Assembly (NCBI GenBank): GCA_964580055.1
Contig: CAZOJI010000012.1
Span: 7,581 to 71,580 of the forward strand
Direction of reading: 5' to 3'
DNA: 64,000 nucleotides
From: an uncultured Gemmatimonadaceae bacterium
Lineage (GTDB): Bacteria > Gemmatimonadota > Gemmatimonadetes > Gemmatimonadales > GWC2-71-9
Shown: one piece after another, positions 10,746-20,488 of the stretch
Numbering within the stretch: the first letter of the stretch is position 1
Layout of the letters: every line of letters begins with the position of its first letter
Position numbers and translations under genes: made by a program
The notes under the pieces: generated by a model
Databases searched by the model: none
What the model was told of the DNA's origin: nothing
The model's input: the letters and a program-made list of their open reading frames with translations, nothing else

Positions 10746-12082
10746 TGGCGAAGGACGAACTGGCTAGAAAAGCTGCGGCTGAACGGTACCTGCAGGAATT
10801 CGACTCTCTGGTTGGCAAGGGGGCGTTGAACGGTCCGCCGTGGGTGCGGGAGATCAGGCAAAGAGCGATAGGTGAGTTTGCAGAGTCCGGTTTCCCGGCC
10901 GCGCGAGCCGAGAAGTGGCGTTTCACCAATTTCTCGAAGCTGGTCGAGACGCCGTTCGCTCTTCGGAACGGTAGCGAGGGGCGGGCAGCATCGACGGCGT
11001 TGACTGCGGATCCGCTGGGGGATTGGGGAGAGCATCGAGTTGTATTCGTTGATGGCAAGTATGCGCCGAAGCTTTCCTCAGTGGATGAACTACCCAAAGG
11101 AATCTATGCTGGCAGTCTGTCTGCCGGTGCCAGTGCCGACAACGCGTTTGTCGCTGGTAATCTCGGCCGAGTGGCTGAGCCCAGCGATAGCCCGTTCACA
11201 GCTCTAAATGCCGCGTTCATGTCAGACGGGGCGGTATTGGTCGTTCCTCCAGGGGTCGTACTTGCCGAGCCGATACACTTCCTGCATCTGACGAGCGGCG
11301 CCTGCACTGATGCGGTCACGCACGTACGGAACCTGTTCGTCATTGGGGCAAATGCAGAGGTATCAGTGTTGCAACGTTTTTCGGGAGTTGGTGAAACACG
11401 CTATTGGACCAACGCTGTAACGGAGATCATACTAGGCTCTGGAGCGCGTCTCAATGCCAATCGAACTCAGGTGGAGGGCAGCGGCGGGTTCCACACTGCA
11501 ACCACGCACTGCCGGCAGGAAAGGGACAGTAGGTTCTCGCTGACTACCGTGGAGCTCGGTGCCGAACTGTCGCGGCACGATACGGTAGTCGTGTTGAGCG
11601 GAACGGGCGCCAGTTGCAGCGTGAACGGTCTCGTTCAGTTGCAGCAGCGGCAACACGTCGACAACCACACGATTATCCAACACGCGGCGCCGCACTGCAG
11701 GAGCAGAGAGGCATTCAACGGCATCTTCGACGACAGTTCTCACGGGGTCTTCACCGGACGAATCATTGTCAACGAGGGAGCGCAGCAGACGGATTCGGCA
11801 CAGTCCAGCAGAAACGTACTGCTCTCTGAAAAGGCACGTGCCGACGCGCAGCCGAAGCTGGAGATCTTCGCGGATGATGTGAAGTGCACACATGGAGCCA
11901 CGGTTGGCCCCATTGACGAGGAAGCGTGGTTTTACCTTCGCAGCAAGGGGCTGAGTGCGGAATCAGCCCGCATGATGTTGATCTATGGTTTCGCGGGTGA
12001 GATTCTGGAGTCGATTGGTAACAGTGAGTTGCGAAAGCGAGTGGACGTATTGCTTCGTTTGCGGCTCAGTGGTGACTCGTGA
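10745..12082 (+). CDS. sufD: Fe-S cluster assembly protein SufD
   Basis: EKWRFT, GVFTGRI, PKLEIFADDVKCTHGAT, FYLRSKG. Confidence 0.95.
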   Translation: MAKDELARKAAAERYLQEFDSLVGKGALNGPPWVREIRQRAIGEFAESGFPAARAEKWRFTNFSKLVETPFALRNGSEGRAASTALTADPLGDWGEHRVVFVDGKYAPKLSSVDELPKGIYAGSLSAGASADNAFVAGNLGRVAEPSDSPFTALNAAFMSDGAVLVVPPGVVLAEPIHFLHLTSGACTDAVTHVRNLFVIGANAEVSVLQRFSGVGETRYWTNAVTEIILGSGARLNANRTQVEGSGGFHTATTHCRQERDSRFSLTTVELGAELSRHDTVVVLSGTGASCSVNGLVQLQQRQHVDNHTIIQHAAPHCRSREAFNGIFDDSSHGVFTGRIIVNEGAQQTDSAQSSRNVLLSEKARADAQPKLEIFADDVKCTHGATVGPIDEEAWFYLRSKGLSAESARMMLIYGFAGEILESIGNSELRKRVDVLLRLRLSGDS

Positions 12083-13359
12083 GGAATGGAGAGAGGGGGG
12101 GTACGGTGTCTGAGCGAGAAGCGCTTGTTGGGATTGAAGGAACACTGGAGGTAGCAGAACTGCGGAAGGACTTCCCGATTCTGCAAGAAACCGTGCGCGG
12201 CAAGCAGCTGGTGTACCTAGACAACGCGGCAACAACGCAGAAGCCGCGCCAGGTGATTGAAGCAGTCACGCGGTTCTACGAGTCTGAGAACAGCAATATC
12301 CACAGGGGTGTCTATCATCTCAGCGAGAGGGCTACCGCTGCATTCGAGAAGGCTCGCGTCGAAATCAAGAATTTGCTGAACGCTCCTCGCGCCGAAGATG
12401 TCGTGTTCGTGCGAGGTGCTACCGAAGCAATCAATCTAGTGGCTTCGAGCTATGGAAAGCTGAACATTGGAGAGGGTGACGAGATCGTGGTGTCGGCGAT
12501 GGAGCACCACTCCAACATCGTTCCATGGCAGTTGTTGGCCGAGCAGGTTGGAGCGTCGCTCAAGGTGGTTCCAATGGATCGGACCGGCACGCTGGTTGAA
12601 GCCGAAGTCGAACGGGTCATTGGCCCTAAGACAAAGATGCTTGCCCTCGTGCACGTGTCCAACGCCTTGGGGACGGTCAACCCGGTCAAGAGTATCTCGA
12701 GATATGCGCGGGATCGAGGCGTTGCCGTGTTGATCGACGGTGCACAAGCCGCTGCTCACCTACCGATAGACGTGCAGGACATCGGCTGTGACTTCTATGT
12801 GGTCTCCGGGCACAAGATGTTCGGCCCCACCGGAATCGGTGTGCTATACGGCAGATCGGATCTACTGGAGGCCATGCCCCCGTACCAGGGAGGTGGGGAG
12901 ATGATCCGGTCAGTCAGTTTTGAAGGCAGCTCCTATGCTGATCCACCGGCTAGATTCGAGGCCGGTACGCCGCACATTGCCGGAGCGATCGGCATGGGTG
13001 TGGCGGCCAGGTATTTGCAGAGTCTCGACTGGCACAGCGTGCACGGTCATGAGGAAGGCCTACTCGAATACGCTACCTCCGAACTGGGTAAGGTGCCCGG
13101 ATTGCAGATCATCGGCACTGCCGACAGAAAGGCAGCTGTGATCTCTTTCGTTCTCGAGGGCGTCCACGCGCATGACGTCGGTACGATTGTTGACCAGGAA
13201 GGTGTCGCGCTGAGAACCGGGCACCATTGTGCGCAGCCTGTAATGGATTTCTTCGGCGTCCCCGCGACGGCACGTGCTTCATTCGCGTTGTACAACACTA
13301 TCGAGGAGGTGGATTTGCTGGCCGAAGCACTGCGGAAGGTCAAGGAGGTATTCGGGTGA
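12079..13359 (+). CDS. sufS: Cysteine desulfurase SufS
   Basis: YLDNAATTQKP, EHHSN, SGHKMFGPTGIG, RTGHHCAQP; the start could be 12106. Confidence 0.96.
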   Translation: MRNGERGGTVSEREALVGIEGTLEVAELRKDFPILQETVRGKQLVYLDNAATTQKPRQVIEAVTRFYESENSNIHRGVYHLSERATAAFEKARVEIKNLLNAPRAEDVVFVRGATEAINLVASSYGKLNIGEGDEIVVSAMEHHSNIVPWQLLAEQVGASLKVVPMDRTGTLVEAEVERVIGPKTKMLALVHVSNALGTVNPVKSISRYARDRGVAVLIDGAQAAAHLPIDVQDIGCDFYVVSGHKMFGPTGIGVLYGRSDLLEAMPPYQGGGEMIRSVSFEGSSYADPPARFEAGTPHIAGAIGMGVAARYLQSLDWHSVHGHEEGLLEYATSELGKVPGLQIIGTADRKAAVISFVLEGVHAHDVGTIVDQEGVALRTGHHCAQPVMDFFGVPATARASFALYNTIEEVDLLAEALRKVKEVFG

Positions 13360-13811
13360 TGCCGGAACTCAGAGAACTTTACCAACAGGTGATCTTGGAC
13401 CACAATCGCAAACCGCGGAACTACAGGGTCATGGACAATGCCGACCGGGTAGCAACGGGCGACAATCCGTTGTGCGGGGACAAGGTCGAAGTTTACTTGA
13501 AACTAAACGGTGAGATTATCGAGGATGTCAGTTTCCAGGGCTCTGGTTGTGCAATCTCGCAATCGTCAGCATCATTGATGACTGCGGCCGTCCACGGCAA
13601 GTCGGTCGCGGAAGCGCTAGAGTTGTTCTCCAAGTTCCATGAGATGGTGACCGGTGGGGTGGGAGGTGATGTCGGGGGTAGCGAACTCGGAAAGCTCCGT
13701 GCTTTTGCAGGTGTTAGGGAGTTCCCGGGCCGCGTGAAGTGCGCGAATCTGTCATGGCACACGCTCAAGTCGGCGCTGGATGACGGTGCGAGGAAAGTGA
13801 GCACGGAATAG
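13359..13811 (+). CDS. sufU: SUF system SufU scaffold/sulfurtransferase
   Basis: LYQQVILDH, NPLCGD, GSGCAIS, RVKCA; ATG overlaps the sufS stop. Confidence 0.95.
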   Translation: MPELRELYQQVILDHNRKPRNYRVMDNADRVATGDNPLCGDKVEVYLKLNGEIIEDVSFQGSGCAISQSSASLMTAAVHGKSVAEALELFSKFHEMVTGGVGGDVGGSELGKLRAFAGVREFPGRVKCANLSWHTLKSALDDGARKVSTE

Positions 13812-13863
13812 TATTCGCAGGCGGTCGTTGACAGGTTGCTGTGCAGCCAGCTTTGGGGGCGGT

Positions 13864-14193
13864 TTGAGAGAGAGCGGTTTCGAGAGGATCGTATCATTTA
13901 GGGAGCTCGTTGAAGGGGTTCCAGCCAGCCTAAAATTGGAAACGGGAGAAGATGTCTGCCTGATCCGCGTTGGCCATGAGGTTTTTGGGATAGCGGAGGA
14001 ATGCCCGCACGGCGAATCACCGTTGTCCGACGGGGCGATGGTGGATGACTACGTGATCGAGTGCCCGATGCACTGCGCCCAATTCGACGTTCGCGATGGG
14101 AGTGTTGTGGAACCGCCTGCGATAGAGCCAATCCTGGTATATGAAGTGAAGATTGTCGATGGAGACGTGTGGGTAGCGAATGGTTTGAGATAG
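13864..14193 (+). CDS. Rieske-type [2Fe-2S] ferredoxin
   Basis: CPHG...CPMH..FDVRDG, PPA; start uncertain (13828 or 13864). Confidence 0.88.
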   Translation: MRESGFERIVSFRELVEGVPASLKLETGEDVCLIRVGHEVFGIAEECPHGESPLSDGAMVDDYVIECPMHCAQFDVRDGSVVEPPAIEPILVYEVKIVDGDVWVANGLR

Positions 14194-14479
14194 TTGACGC
14201 CGGAGGCTGGCTGTATTTGAGGACGGCAGGCGGTGTTGATCCGGTCGTTGAGAAGGTCGCAAGCACGTGTGTGTGCGCGAAAGATTCCGATGACAGGCGA
14301 GACGTTGGTGGAGACGGGCAGCACTGCGAGATTCTGGCGTGGCTTAGACGCGGGGCTGGAATGCGAGTTGAAGCTTCCAAGGAAGGAAGCTTGCGAGCTG
14401 TTTCGGCCAACTGGTGGAGGGAGTGTGGGGCGGCAATGCGTGGCGGGGGGTGGTCTGTCGTTCCAGTGATAAGTCGAAT

Positions 14480-16363
14480 ATGTCTGAAAAATTCGATGTT
14501 GTAGTTGTTGGTGGCGGACACGCGGGGGTAGAAGCGGCTAACGCGGCTTCGCGCTTGGGGGGGCGTGTCCTTCTATTGACCTCGAATCTCGATACTATCG
14601 GACAGATGTCGTGCAATCCGGCGATCGGTGGTATCGCCAAGGGGACAGTTGTACGTGAGATAGACGCGCTTGGTGGGGTGATGGGGAAGGCTGCTGACGG
14701 GGCCACGATCCAGTTCAGGATGCTCAACAAATCGAAGGGTCCAGCAGTGTGGGCTCCGCGCGCCCAGTGTGATCGTGGTCTTTACAGGCGCGGAGTGAGG
14801 AGTGTTCTGGAGGAGTGTGAAGGTCTATGGATAAGGCAGGCCACTGTCGCGACACTGACGTGGAGCGCTTCTAAGGTCGGAGGCGTGACCACGACGGACG
14901 GACAAGAAGTGGAAGCGCCGGCGGTAGTGTTGGGTGCGGGGACGTTTTTGCGCGGAAGGATGTTCGTTGGAGTGGATACGTGCATTCCAGGTGGGAGGGC
15001 AGGGGATGCTCCGGCTACTGAGGTTGCGGAACAGCTGGCTGCGATTGGGCTCCAAGTAGACCGGTTCAAAACGGGTACGCCGCCGCGCATTGATGGGAGG
15101 ACCGTAGACTACGGGAAGTTGGAGGAGCAGAAAGGTGACGTTGCGGGGTACCGGTTTGCGCACTTTGGGGAAAGCCGGCGGCCCGACCAGAGGTCATGTT
15201 GGGTGGCGTGGGCCGGATCAAAGGTGAAGGAGGTTATAACAGAACACCTGGAGGAGTCGGCGCTGTACGGGGGCGTTATTGGCGGCAGGGGGCCAAGGTA
15301 CTGCCCGTCGATCGAGGACAAGATAGTGAGATTCCCGGACGCTGAGCGTCATCAGGTCTTTCTCGAGCCCGAGGGTCTACATACAGGTGAGTTGTACGTG
15401 AACGGTCTGTCCACGTCACTTCCAGCTGGTGTGCAGCTGGAGTTCCTGCATGCTGTGCCTGGCCTGGAGAACGTGAGGATGACGCGATTCGGGTATGCCA
15501 TCGAATATGACTACTACCCGCCAACCCAGCTGCACCCCACTCTGGAGTCGAAGGCGATCGAAGGGTTGTTCATGTGCGGCCAGGTCAATGGAACGACTGG
15601 CTACGAAGAGGCGGGCGGTCAGGGACTTGTGGCAGGGGTGAATGCGGTTGGGAAGATGCGCGGCATGGACCCGTTCATTTTGGGCAGGGAGAAAGCATAC
15701 GTCGGGGTGTTGATTGATGATTTGGTGACACGTGGCGTCGATGAACCGTACAGGCTGTTTACGTCACGCGCGGAACATCGGCTACTGCTAAGGCAGGACA
15801 ATGCGCTCAACAGATTAGGTGGTTTGGCATTGGACGTAGGTCTTTTGGCCGAGAGCGAGAAGGATGTGGTAGAGGGGAGATTGAGGGAGACGGAGGAACT
15901 CATCCGGTTAGCAGAGGAGACGGTTGCGCATCCGGATAGCGTAAATGCGTTGCTCGAAGATCGGAGCGAGCGGGAATTGGCCGCGCCGCAGAGGATAGCC
16001 GAATTGGTACGGCGGCCTCGGCTCGAGTTGAGGGAATTGATGGCTGCGGTGTTGGTGGAGGTGCCGAGATTTGCTGAGGATGCTTGGGTGACGGCGGAGA
16101 TCGAGTTGAAGTACGTTGGTTATTTGGACCGGGAGCGGAACGCGGCGAGGCAGCTGAGAGAAATGGCTGGTTTCAAGATACCTGAAGGGCTCGGTTACCT
16201 GGAACTGAAGAGCATCAGTACGGAAGCGAGGCAAAAACTGCAGGCGGTGCGGCCTGAATCACTTGCTCAGGCGTGGCGGATTCCCGGAGTGTCTCCAAGT
16301 GATCTTCAGAATCTGGTCGTGGAGGTCCTGAAGTTCAAGGGAAAGACGGCAGGCTTGGCATAG
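14480..16363 (+). CDS. mnmG: tRNA uridine-5-carboxymethylaminomethyl(34) synthesis enzyme MnmG (GidA)
   Basis: VVGGGHAG, MSCNPAIGG, KGPAV, KTGTPPR, GPRYCPSIEDK, GQVNGTTGYEEA, EPYRLFTSRAE. Confidence 0.97.
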   Translation: MSEKFDVVVVGGGHAGVEAANAASRLGGRVLLLTSNLDTIGQMSCNPAIGGIAKGTVVREIDALGGVMGKAADGATIQFRMLNKSKGPAVWAPRAQCDRGLYRRGVRSVLEECEGLWIRQATVATLTWSASKVGGVTTTDGQEVEAPAVVLGAGTFLRGRMFVGVDTCIPGGRAGDAPATEVAEQLAAIGLQVDRFKTGTPPRIDGRTVDYGKLEEQKGDVAGYRFAHFGESRRPDQRSCWVAWAGSKVKEVITEHLEESALYGGVIGGRGPRYCPSIEDKIVRFPDAERHQVFLEPEGLHTGELYVNGLSTSLPAGVQLEFLHAVPGLENVRMTRFGYAIEYDYYPPTQLHPTLESKAIEGLFMCGQVNGTTGYEEAGGQGLVAGVNAVGKMRGMDPFILGREKAYVGVLIDDLVTRGVDEPYRLFTSRAEHRLLLRQDNALNRLGGLALDVGLLAESEKDVVEGRLRETEELIRLAEETVAHPDSVNALLEDRSERELAAPQRIAELVRRPRLELRELMAAVLVEVPRFAEDAWVTAEIELKYVGYLDRERNAARQLREMAGFKIPEGLGYLELKSISTEARQKLQAVRPESLAQAWRIPGVSPSDLQNLVVEVLKFKGKTAGLA

Positions 16364-16379
16364 TGTTCCACGTGAAACA
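16364..16379. promoter_or_regulatory. parS centromere-like site
   Basis: TGTTCCACGTGAAACA, one mismatch to the palindrome TGTTTCACGTGAAACA; directly after the mnmG stop and upstream of parAB. Confidence 0.92.
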
Positions 16380-16565
16380 ACGTTTCAGGTGTCGTTTGCT
16401 GTGTATCAAACCATGCGCGTCGACCGAGGCTGCCGTAACAGGTCCGCATCCTACTTCTTCTTTACCATAATCGTTGACGGCCATATATTCCCGCATCTAC
16501 TCTGAGCATAAGGTTGCAGGCTCGGCGTCGACGCCTACACTGTTGTTATGTAAGGACTTATGCCC

Positions 16566-17354
16566 ATGTCGAGGGTCGTTGCGATTGCCAATCAGAAGGG
16601 TGGTGTGGGAAAGACCACCACTGCGGTCAACCTGGCCGCGTCTCTGGCAGCCGCCGAATTACCTACATTGCTGGTAGATGCTGACCCACAGGGCAATGCC
16701 ACAAGCGGTGTCGGGCTCGAAAAGGACCAGATCGAGTTGTCGTTGTACGACGCCCTACTCAACGACGAGCCGCTTTCCACCGTAATCCACCCGGCCGTGA
16801 ACCTGCCGCTGCTGGACGTCGTGCCGGCAACGCAAGACCTGGTGGGAGCCGAGATCGAGTTAGTGAACAGGTCTCAGCGCGAATCGGTAATGAAACGGTC
16901 CCTCGCGCCAGTCGCCCCGGAATACAGGTACGTCCTGATAGACTGCCCACCGTCACTTGGCTTGCTGACCCTCAATATGCTCGCCGCAGCGGATTCGGTA
17001 TTGATTCCCATACAATGTGAGTATTACGCGCTCGAGGGTCTCTCCCAACTACTCAACGCAGTACGACTCGTGCAGCAGAACTTCAATCCGGAACTCGCCA
17101 TTGAGGGCGTCCTGCTCACGATGTATGACGCCCGACTCAATTTGTCCAAGCAAGTGGATGTCGAAGCACGCGAATACTTTGGCAACAAAGTCTACCGCAA
17201 CGCGATTCCTCGAAACGTCCGCCTCGCAGAGGCGCCATCATTCGGCAAACCCATCATTCTCTATGATGTTCGCTCAATTGGAGCGCAGAGCTACTTGGCT
17301 TTCGCTCAGGAGATGCACAAACGCGCCAATGTGCAACCAGGGAGCCGCGAATGA
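16566..17354 (+). CDS. parA: Chromosome partitioning ATPase ParA/Soj
   Basis: NQKGGVGKTTT, DPQGNATSG, DCPPSLG, QCEYYALEGL, PRNVRLAEAPS. Confidence 0.96.
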   Translation: MSRVVAIANQKGGVGKTTTAVNLAASLAAAELPTLLVDADPQGNATSGVGLEKDQIELSLYDALLNDEPLSTVIHPAVNLPLLDVVPATQDLVGAEIELVNRSQRESVMKRSLAPVAPEYRYVLIDCPPSLGLLTLNMLAAADSVLIPIQCEYYALEGLSQLLNAVRLVQQNFNPELAIEGVLLTMYDARLNLSKQVDVEAREYFGNKVYRNAIPRNVRLAEAPSFGKPIILYDVRSIGAQSYLAFAQEMHKRANVQPGSRE

Positions 17355-18250
17355 CGCTATCGGGCAAACGTCGTCTCGGTAAAGGACTCGAAGCGCTACT
17401 GGGGCCGACGACCGTTTCCGAGGCACAGGAGGGGGGTGCGTTGCAGCGAGTTCCGGTCTCCGCTATCCAACCAAACCCCTTCCAGCCTCGGCGAGCACTC
17501 GACCAAGCGGCGATCGACGAGCTGGCTGCGTCCATGGCCTCGTCGGGCCTTCTCCAGCCCATCGTGCTTCGCTCCCTCGAAGGGGGTACGTTCCAGCTGA
17601 TAGCTGGCGAGCGCCGCTGGCGCGCCGCGAAGAAGCTAGACTGGCCGGAAATAGGAGCCGTGCTGCGCGATGTCGACGACAAAACGCTGTTGACCCTCGC
17701 GCTGGTGGAAAACTTGCAGCGCGATGCATTGACTGCCATCGATGAAGCATTTGGTTATCAACGCCTCGTTGAGGAATTCGAGCTGTCGCACGGAGAGGTG
17801 GCTGATTTAGTGGGAAAGAGTCGATCCACCATTGCAAACTCTCTGCGCCTGCTCAATCTCCCTCCCACCGTTCAGGACATGGTACAGCGCGGCGATCTCC
17901 AGATGGGTCACGCACGGGCATTGTTGCAGATCTCCGGCGCGGACGAGATTGAACGCCTTGCAACAGCGGTGGTCAAGCTTGGGCTTTCCGTCCGCGAGAC
18001 AGAAGCGCGTGCCCGGGTCGCTTCTGAGCAGACTTCCGCGAGGGGCGCACGCAAGAAGCGGGCGCGACAGGAGGGCGGGGGATCAACGGAGACGAGACGC
18101 GTGGAAGATGCCTTGCGGAGATACTTGCAAACGGACGTGACAGTGACACGTAACGATTCCGGCAAGGGCCGATTGGCTATTGACTTCTACTCGAATGACG
18201 ATCTCGCTCGGTTGTTGGAGCTGGTGCTCGGCGCACCTTTCAACGGATGA
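17351..18250 (+). CDS. parB: Chromosome partitioning protein ParB/Spo0J
   Basis: LGKGLEALL, NPFQPR, GERRWRA, ENLQR, HTH GKSRSTIAN. Confidence 0.96.
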   Translation: MTLSGKRRLGKGLEALLGPTTVSEAQEGGALQRVPVSAIQPNPFQPRRALDQAAIDELAASMASSGLLQPIVLRSLEGGTFQLIAGERRWRAAKKLDWPEIGAVLRDVDDKTLLTLALVENLQRDALTAIDEAFGYQRLVEEFELSHGEVADLVGKSRSTIANSLRLLNLPPTVQDMVQRGDLQMGHARALLQISGADEIERLATAVVKLGLSVRETEARARVASEQTSARGARKKRARQEGGGSTETRRVEDALRRYLQTDVTVTRNDSGKGRLAIDFYSNDDLARLLELVLGAPFNG

Positions 18251-19071
18251 GTCCTGAGAAGCGTCATGTCACCCTGATGCTCCACACCGACGGGGTAACG
18301 GAATCGCGGTCCATTCGCTTGCCGCTTTCCCTGTTTCGCGCATTGACAATAACCGCAATCGTGGTCGGCGTCCTGGTTTTGCTTGCGGCTGTGCTGTATA
18401 CGCCAATTGTCAGAGCAGCATCCCAGGTTCCGGGACTGATGCGGGAGGTGGAACGTCTTTCAGCAGAGAACCAACAGGTTCATCAACTGGCGCACCGGCT
18501 GGAACAAATTGAAGCCCGCTACGTCCAGGTTCGCGGGATGTTGAGAGCCGACATGGTACCAGAACTCCAACATACGGACAGCATCTTGCCCACAGCCTCA
18601 CCACTTTATGCCCGTGCTCCAGGGTCACAGCCGTGCTATGAGACCGGCCCCTCGGCCCCTCGCCATTGGCCGCTAGGAGGGCCGGGCGTCATAACCCGTG
18701 GTCCAGTCGGGGTCGGAACGTCAACGGAAGTACACGCCGGCCTCGATGTGGCGGCAGCCCAAGGCACAACCGTCCTGGCAGCCGGCGGCGGGACTGTGAT
18801 CGCCGCAGGATACGACACCGAATACGGTTTCCACGTGCGCATTCGCCACGGCAATGGCTACGACAGCATGTACGGCCACTTGTCCCGACTGCTGGTAGCC
18901 AACGGCGAAGCAGTAAACGCAGGCCAGGTGATCGGGCTTTCGGGTTCAACTGGCCGATCAACCGCTCCACATCTACATTTTGAGATCTTCTTGAATGAAG
19001 AGTCCGTGGACCCAAGCCCCATGATCAGTCAGGAGTGTAGCAATGGCAATCTTCTCGTCCAAGGAGGGTGA
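18247..19071 (+). CDS. M23 family metallopeptidase with TM and coiled coil
   Basis: HAGLD, YGHLS, STGRSTAPHLHFEI; ATGA overlap with parB. Confidence 0.9.
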   Translation: MSPEKRHVTLMLHTDGVTESRSIRLPLSLFRALTITAIVVGVLVLLAAVLYTPIVRAASQVPGLMREVERLSAENQQVHQLAHRLEQIEARYVQVRGMLRADMVPELQHTDSILPTASPLYARAPGSQPCYETGPSAPRHWPLGGPGVITRGPVGVGTSTEVHAGLDVAAAQGTTVLAAGGGTVIAAGYDTEYGFHVRIRHGNGYDSMYGHLSRLLVANGEAVNAGQVIGLSGSTGRSTAPHLHFEIFLNEESVDPSPMISQECSNGNLLVQGG

Positions 19072-19513
19072 TGGAATGTCAGACAAGCAGAATCGCACCC
19101 CAGCCAGGGAAGGCGTATTGTCCATCATCGCCGCGGATCTGAAAGTGGTTGGTGAACTGGTCACCGACGGGGTCGTCAAGGTTGACGGGCAGGTGCAAGG
19201 CAACGTTAAAGCGGAACGACAGGTCCTGGTCTCCAAAGGCGGCGTCGTCAAGGGTGACGTTCACAGCAAAGAGGTAATTGTGGGTGGGAGCATCGAGGGA
19301 TGCGTGTACGCGAGCGGACGGGTCGAAGTGCAGCCTTCTGCCACGGTCAACGGTGACATCGCGACCAAGCGCATAGTCGTGCACGAGGGCGGAGAAGTGA
19401 ACGGAAACCTCCGGATGGGAGAAGCGGAACTCGCCGGGAGCAAACTGAAGCCGTTGAGCGGGCCCGAACGAGCGTCAACGCCGAACAACAAGACTGCCCC
19501 AGCTGCTAGCTGA
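19043..19513 (+). CDS. Bactofilin (polymer-forming cytoskeletal protein)
   Basis: Beta-helix repeats VDGQVQGNV, VKGDV, IEGCV, VNGDI, GEVNG. Confidence 0.92.
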   Translation: MAIFSSKEGDGMSDKQNRTPAREGVLSIIAADLKVVGELVTDGVVKVDGQVQGNVKAERQVLVSKGGVVKGDVHSKEVIVGGSIEGCVYASGRVEVQPSATVNGDIATKRIVVHEGGEVNGNLRMGEAELAGSKLKPLSGPERASTPNNKTAPAAS

Positions 19514-19711
19514 ATCACCATGTATCCACAAGCTCATGTGAATTCTCAAATGACTCCTATAAGTCGTTTCTGTTTAATCGGTTACACGTTCAATGTCGTC
19601 TCGACATTATATTTTCACTGTCGCGTCGCTAACGCAATGCTGGCTCGTCGCTGACGGCATCTTTCAGCGGTGTTCGCCTTCTCCAGTCACACCCGTACAT
19701 CCTGAAACTCA

Positions 19712-20470
19712 ATGTCATCTGAGCTATCGGACATAACAGAATACCTGGACAAGTACTTGCGGGTGGCCGACGTAGCCGATTCCTTCGAGGCGCTGAACGG
19801 CCTTCAAGTAGAAAACCGAGGATACGTCACCCGAGTGGCGGCTGCTGTAGATGCGTGTCAGGCGACGATCAATGCCGCAGCTGAGCGCGACGCGGACCTC
19901 ATGCTGGTGCACCACGGGCTGTTTTGGGGTGGTTTGGAGCCGATAACCGGACGCCACGGACGCAGAGTGAGGATGCTCATCGAGTCCGGGACCGCATTGT
20001 ACTCAGCCCATATCCCATTGGATCTGCATCCTGAAGTCGGCAACAACGCGATTTTGGGCAGGGAGCTGGGCCTCTCGGATCCCGAATACTTCGGCGACTA
20101 TAATGGAGAAAAACTCGGCGTGGCCGGATCAGTGAGTGCGTCGTTTGCGGAGATCGTAACAACCGTCGGCTACATACTATCCGTGACTCCCACAACGATG
20201 CCTTTCGGGCCGGAGAAGAGTTCACGTGTTGGAATCATCTCCGGCGGTGGTGGAGGCATGATTGCCCAGGCGCGCGATGCGGGAGTGGACACGCTCATTA
20301 CCGGAGAGGGGAAACATCATTCCTATTTCGATGCAGAAGAGTGGGGTCTCAATGTCATCTTCGCGGGACACTACGCCACCGAGACTGTGGGCGTAAAAGC
20401 CCTGGCGGAGCACCTGGCCGAGAAGTTCGAGCTACCTTGGATCTTCATCGACCACCCGACGGGTCTGTGA
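19712..20470 (+). CDS. Nif3-like (DUF34) dinuclear metal protein
   Basis: NGLQVE, VHHGLFW, HIPLDLHP..GNN, TGE, GHYATE. Confidence 0.93.
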   Translation: MSSELSDITEYLDKYLRVADVADSFEALNGLQVENRGYVTRVAAAVDACQATINAAAERDADLMLVHHGLFWGGLEPITGRHGRRVRMLIESGTALYSAHIPLDLHPEVGNNAILGRELGLSDPEYFGDYNGEKLGVAGSVSASFAEIVTTVGYILSVTPTTMPFGPEKSSRVGIISGGGGGMIAQARDAGVDTLITGEGKHHSYFDAEEWGLNVIFAGHYATETVGVKALAEHLAEKFELPWIFIDHPTGL

Positions 20471-20488
20471 TCGCCAACCCGCCGTGGT

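Noticed and set aside
14169-14504. 111-aa ORF between the Rieske gene and mnmG, including an AAGCTTCC-N6-GGAAGCTT hairpin
   Set aside because: Overlaps both neighbours and has no recognisable motif; G-rich composition explains the open frame; the hairpin does not match the SRP RNA motif
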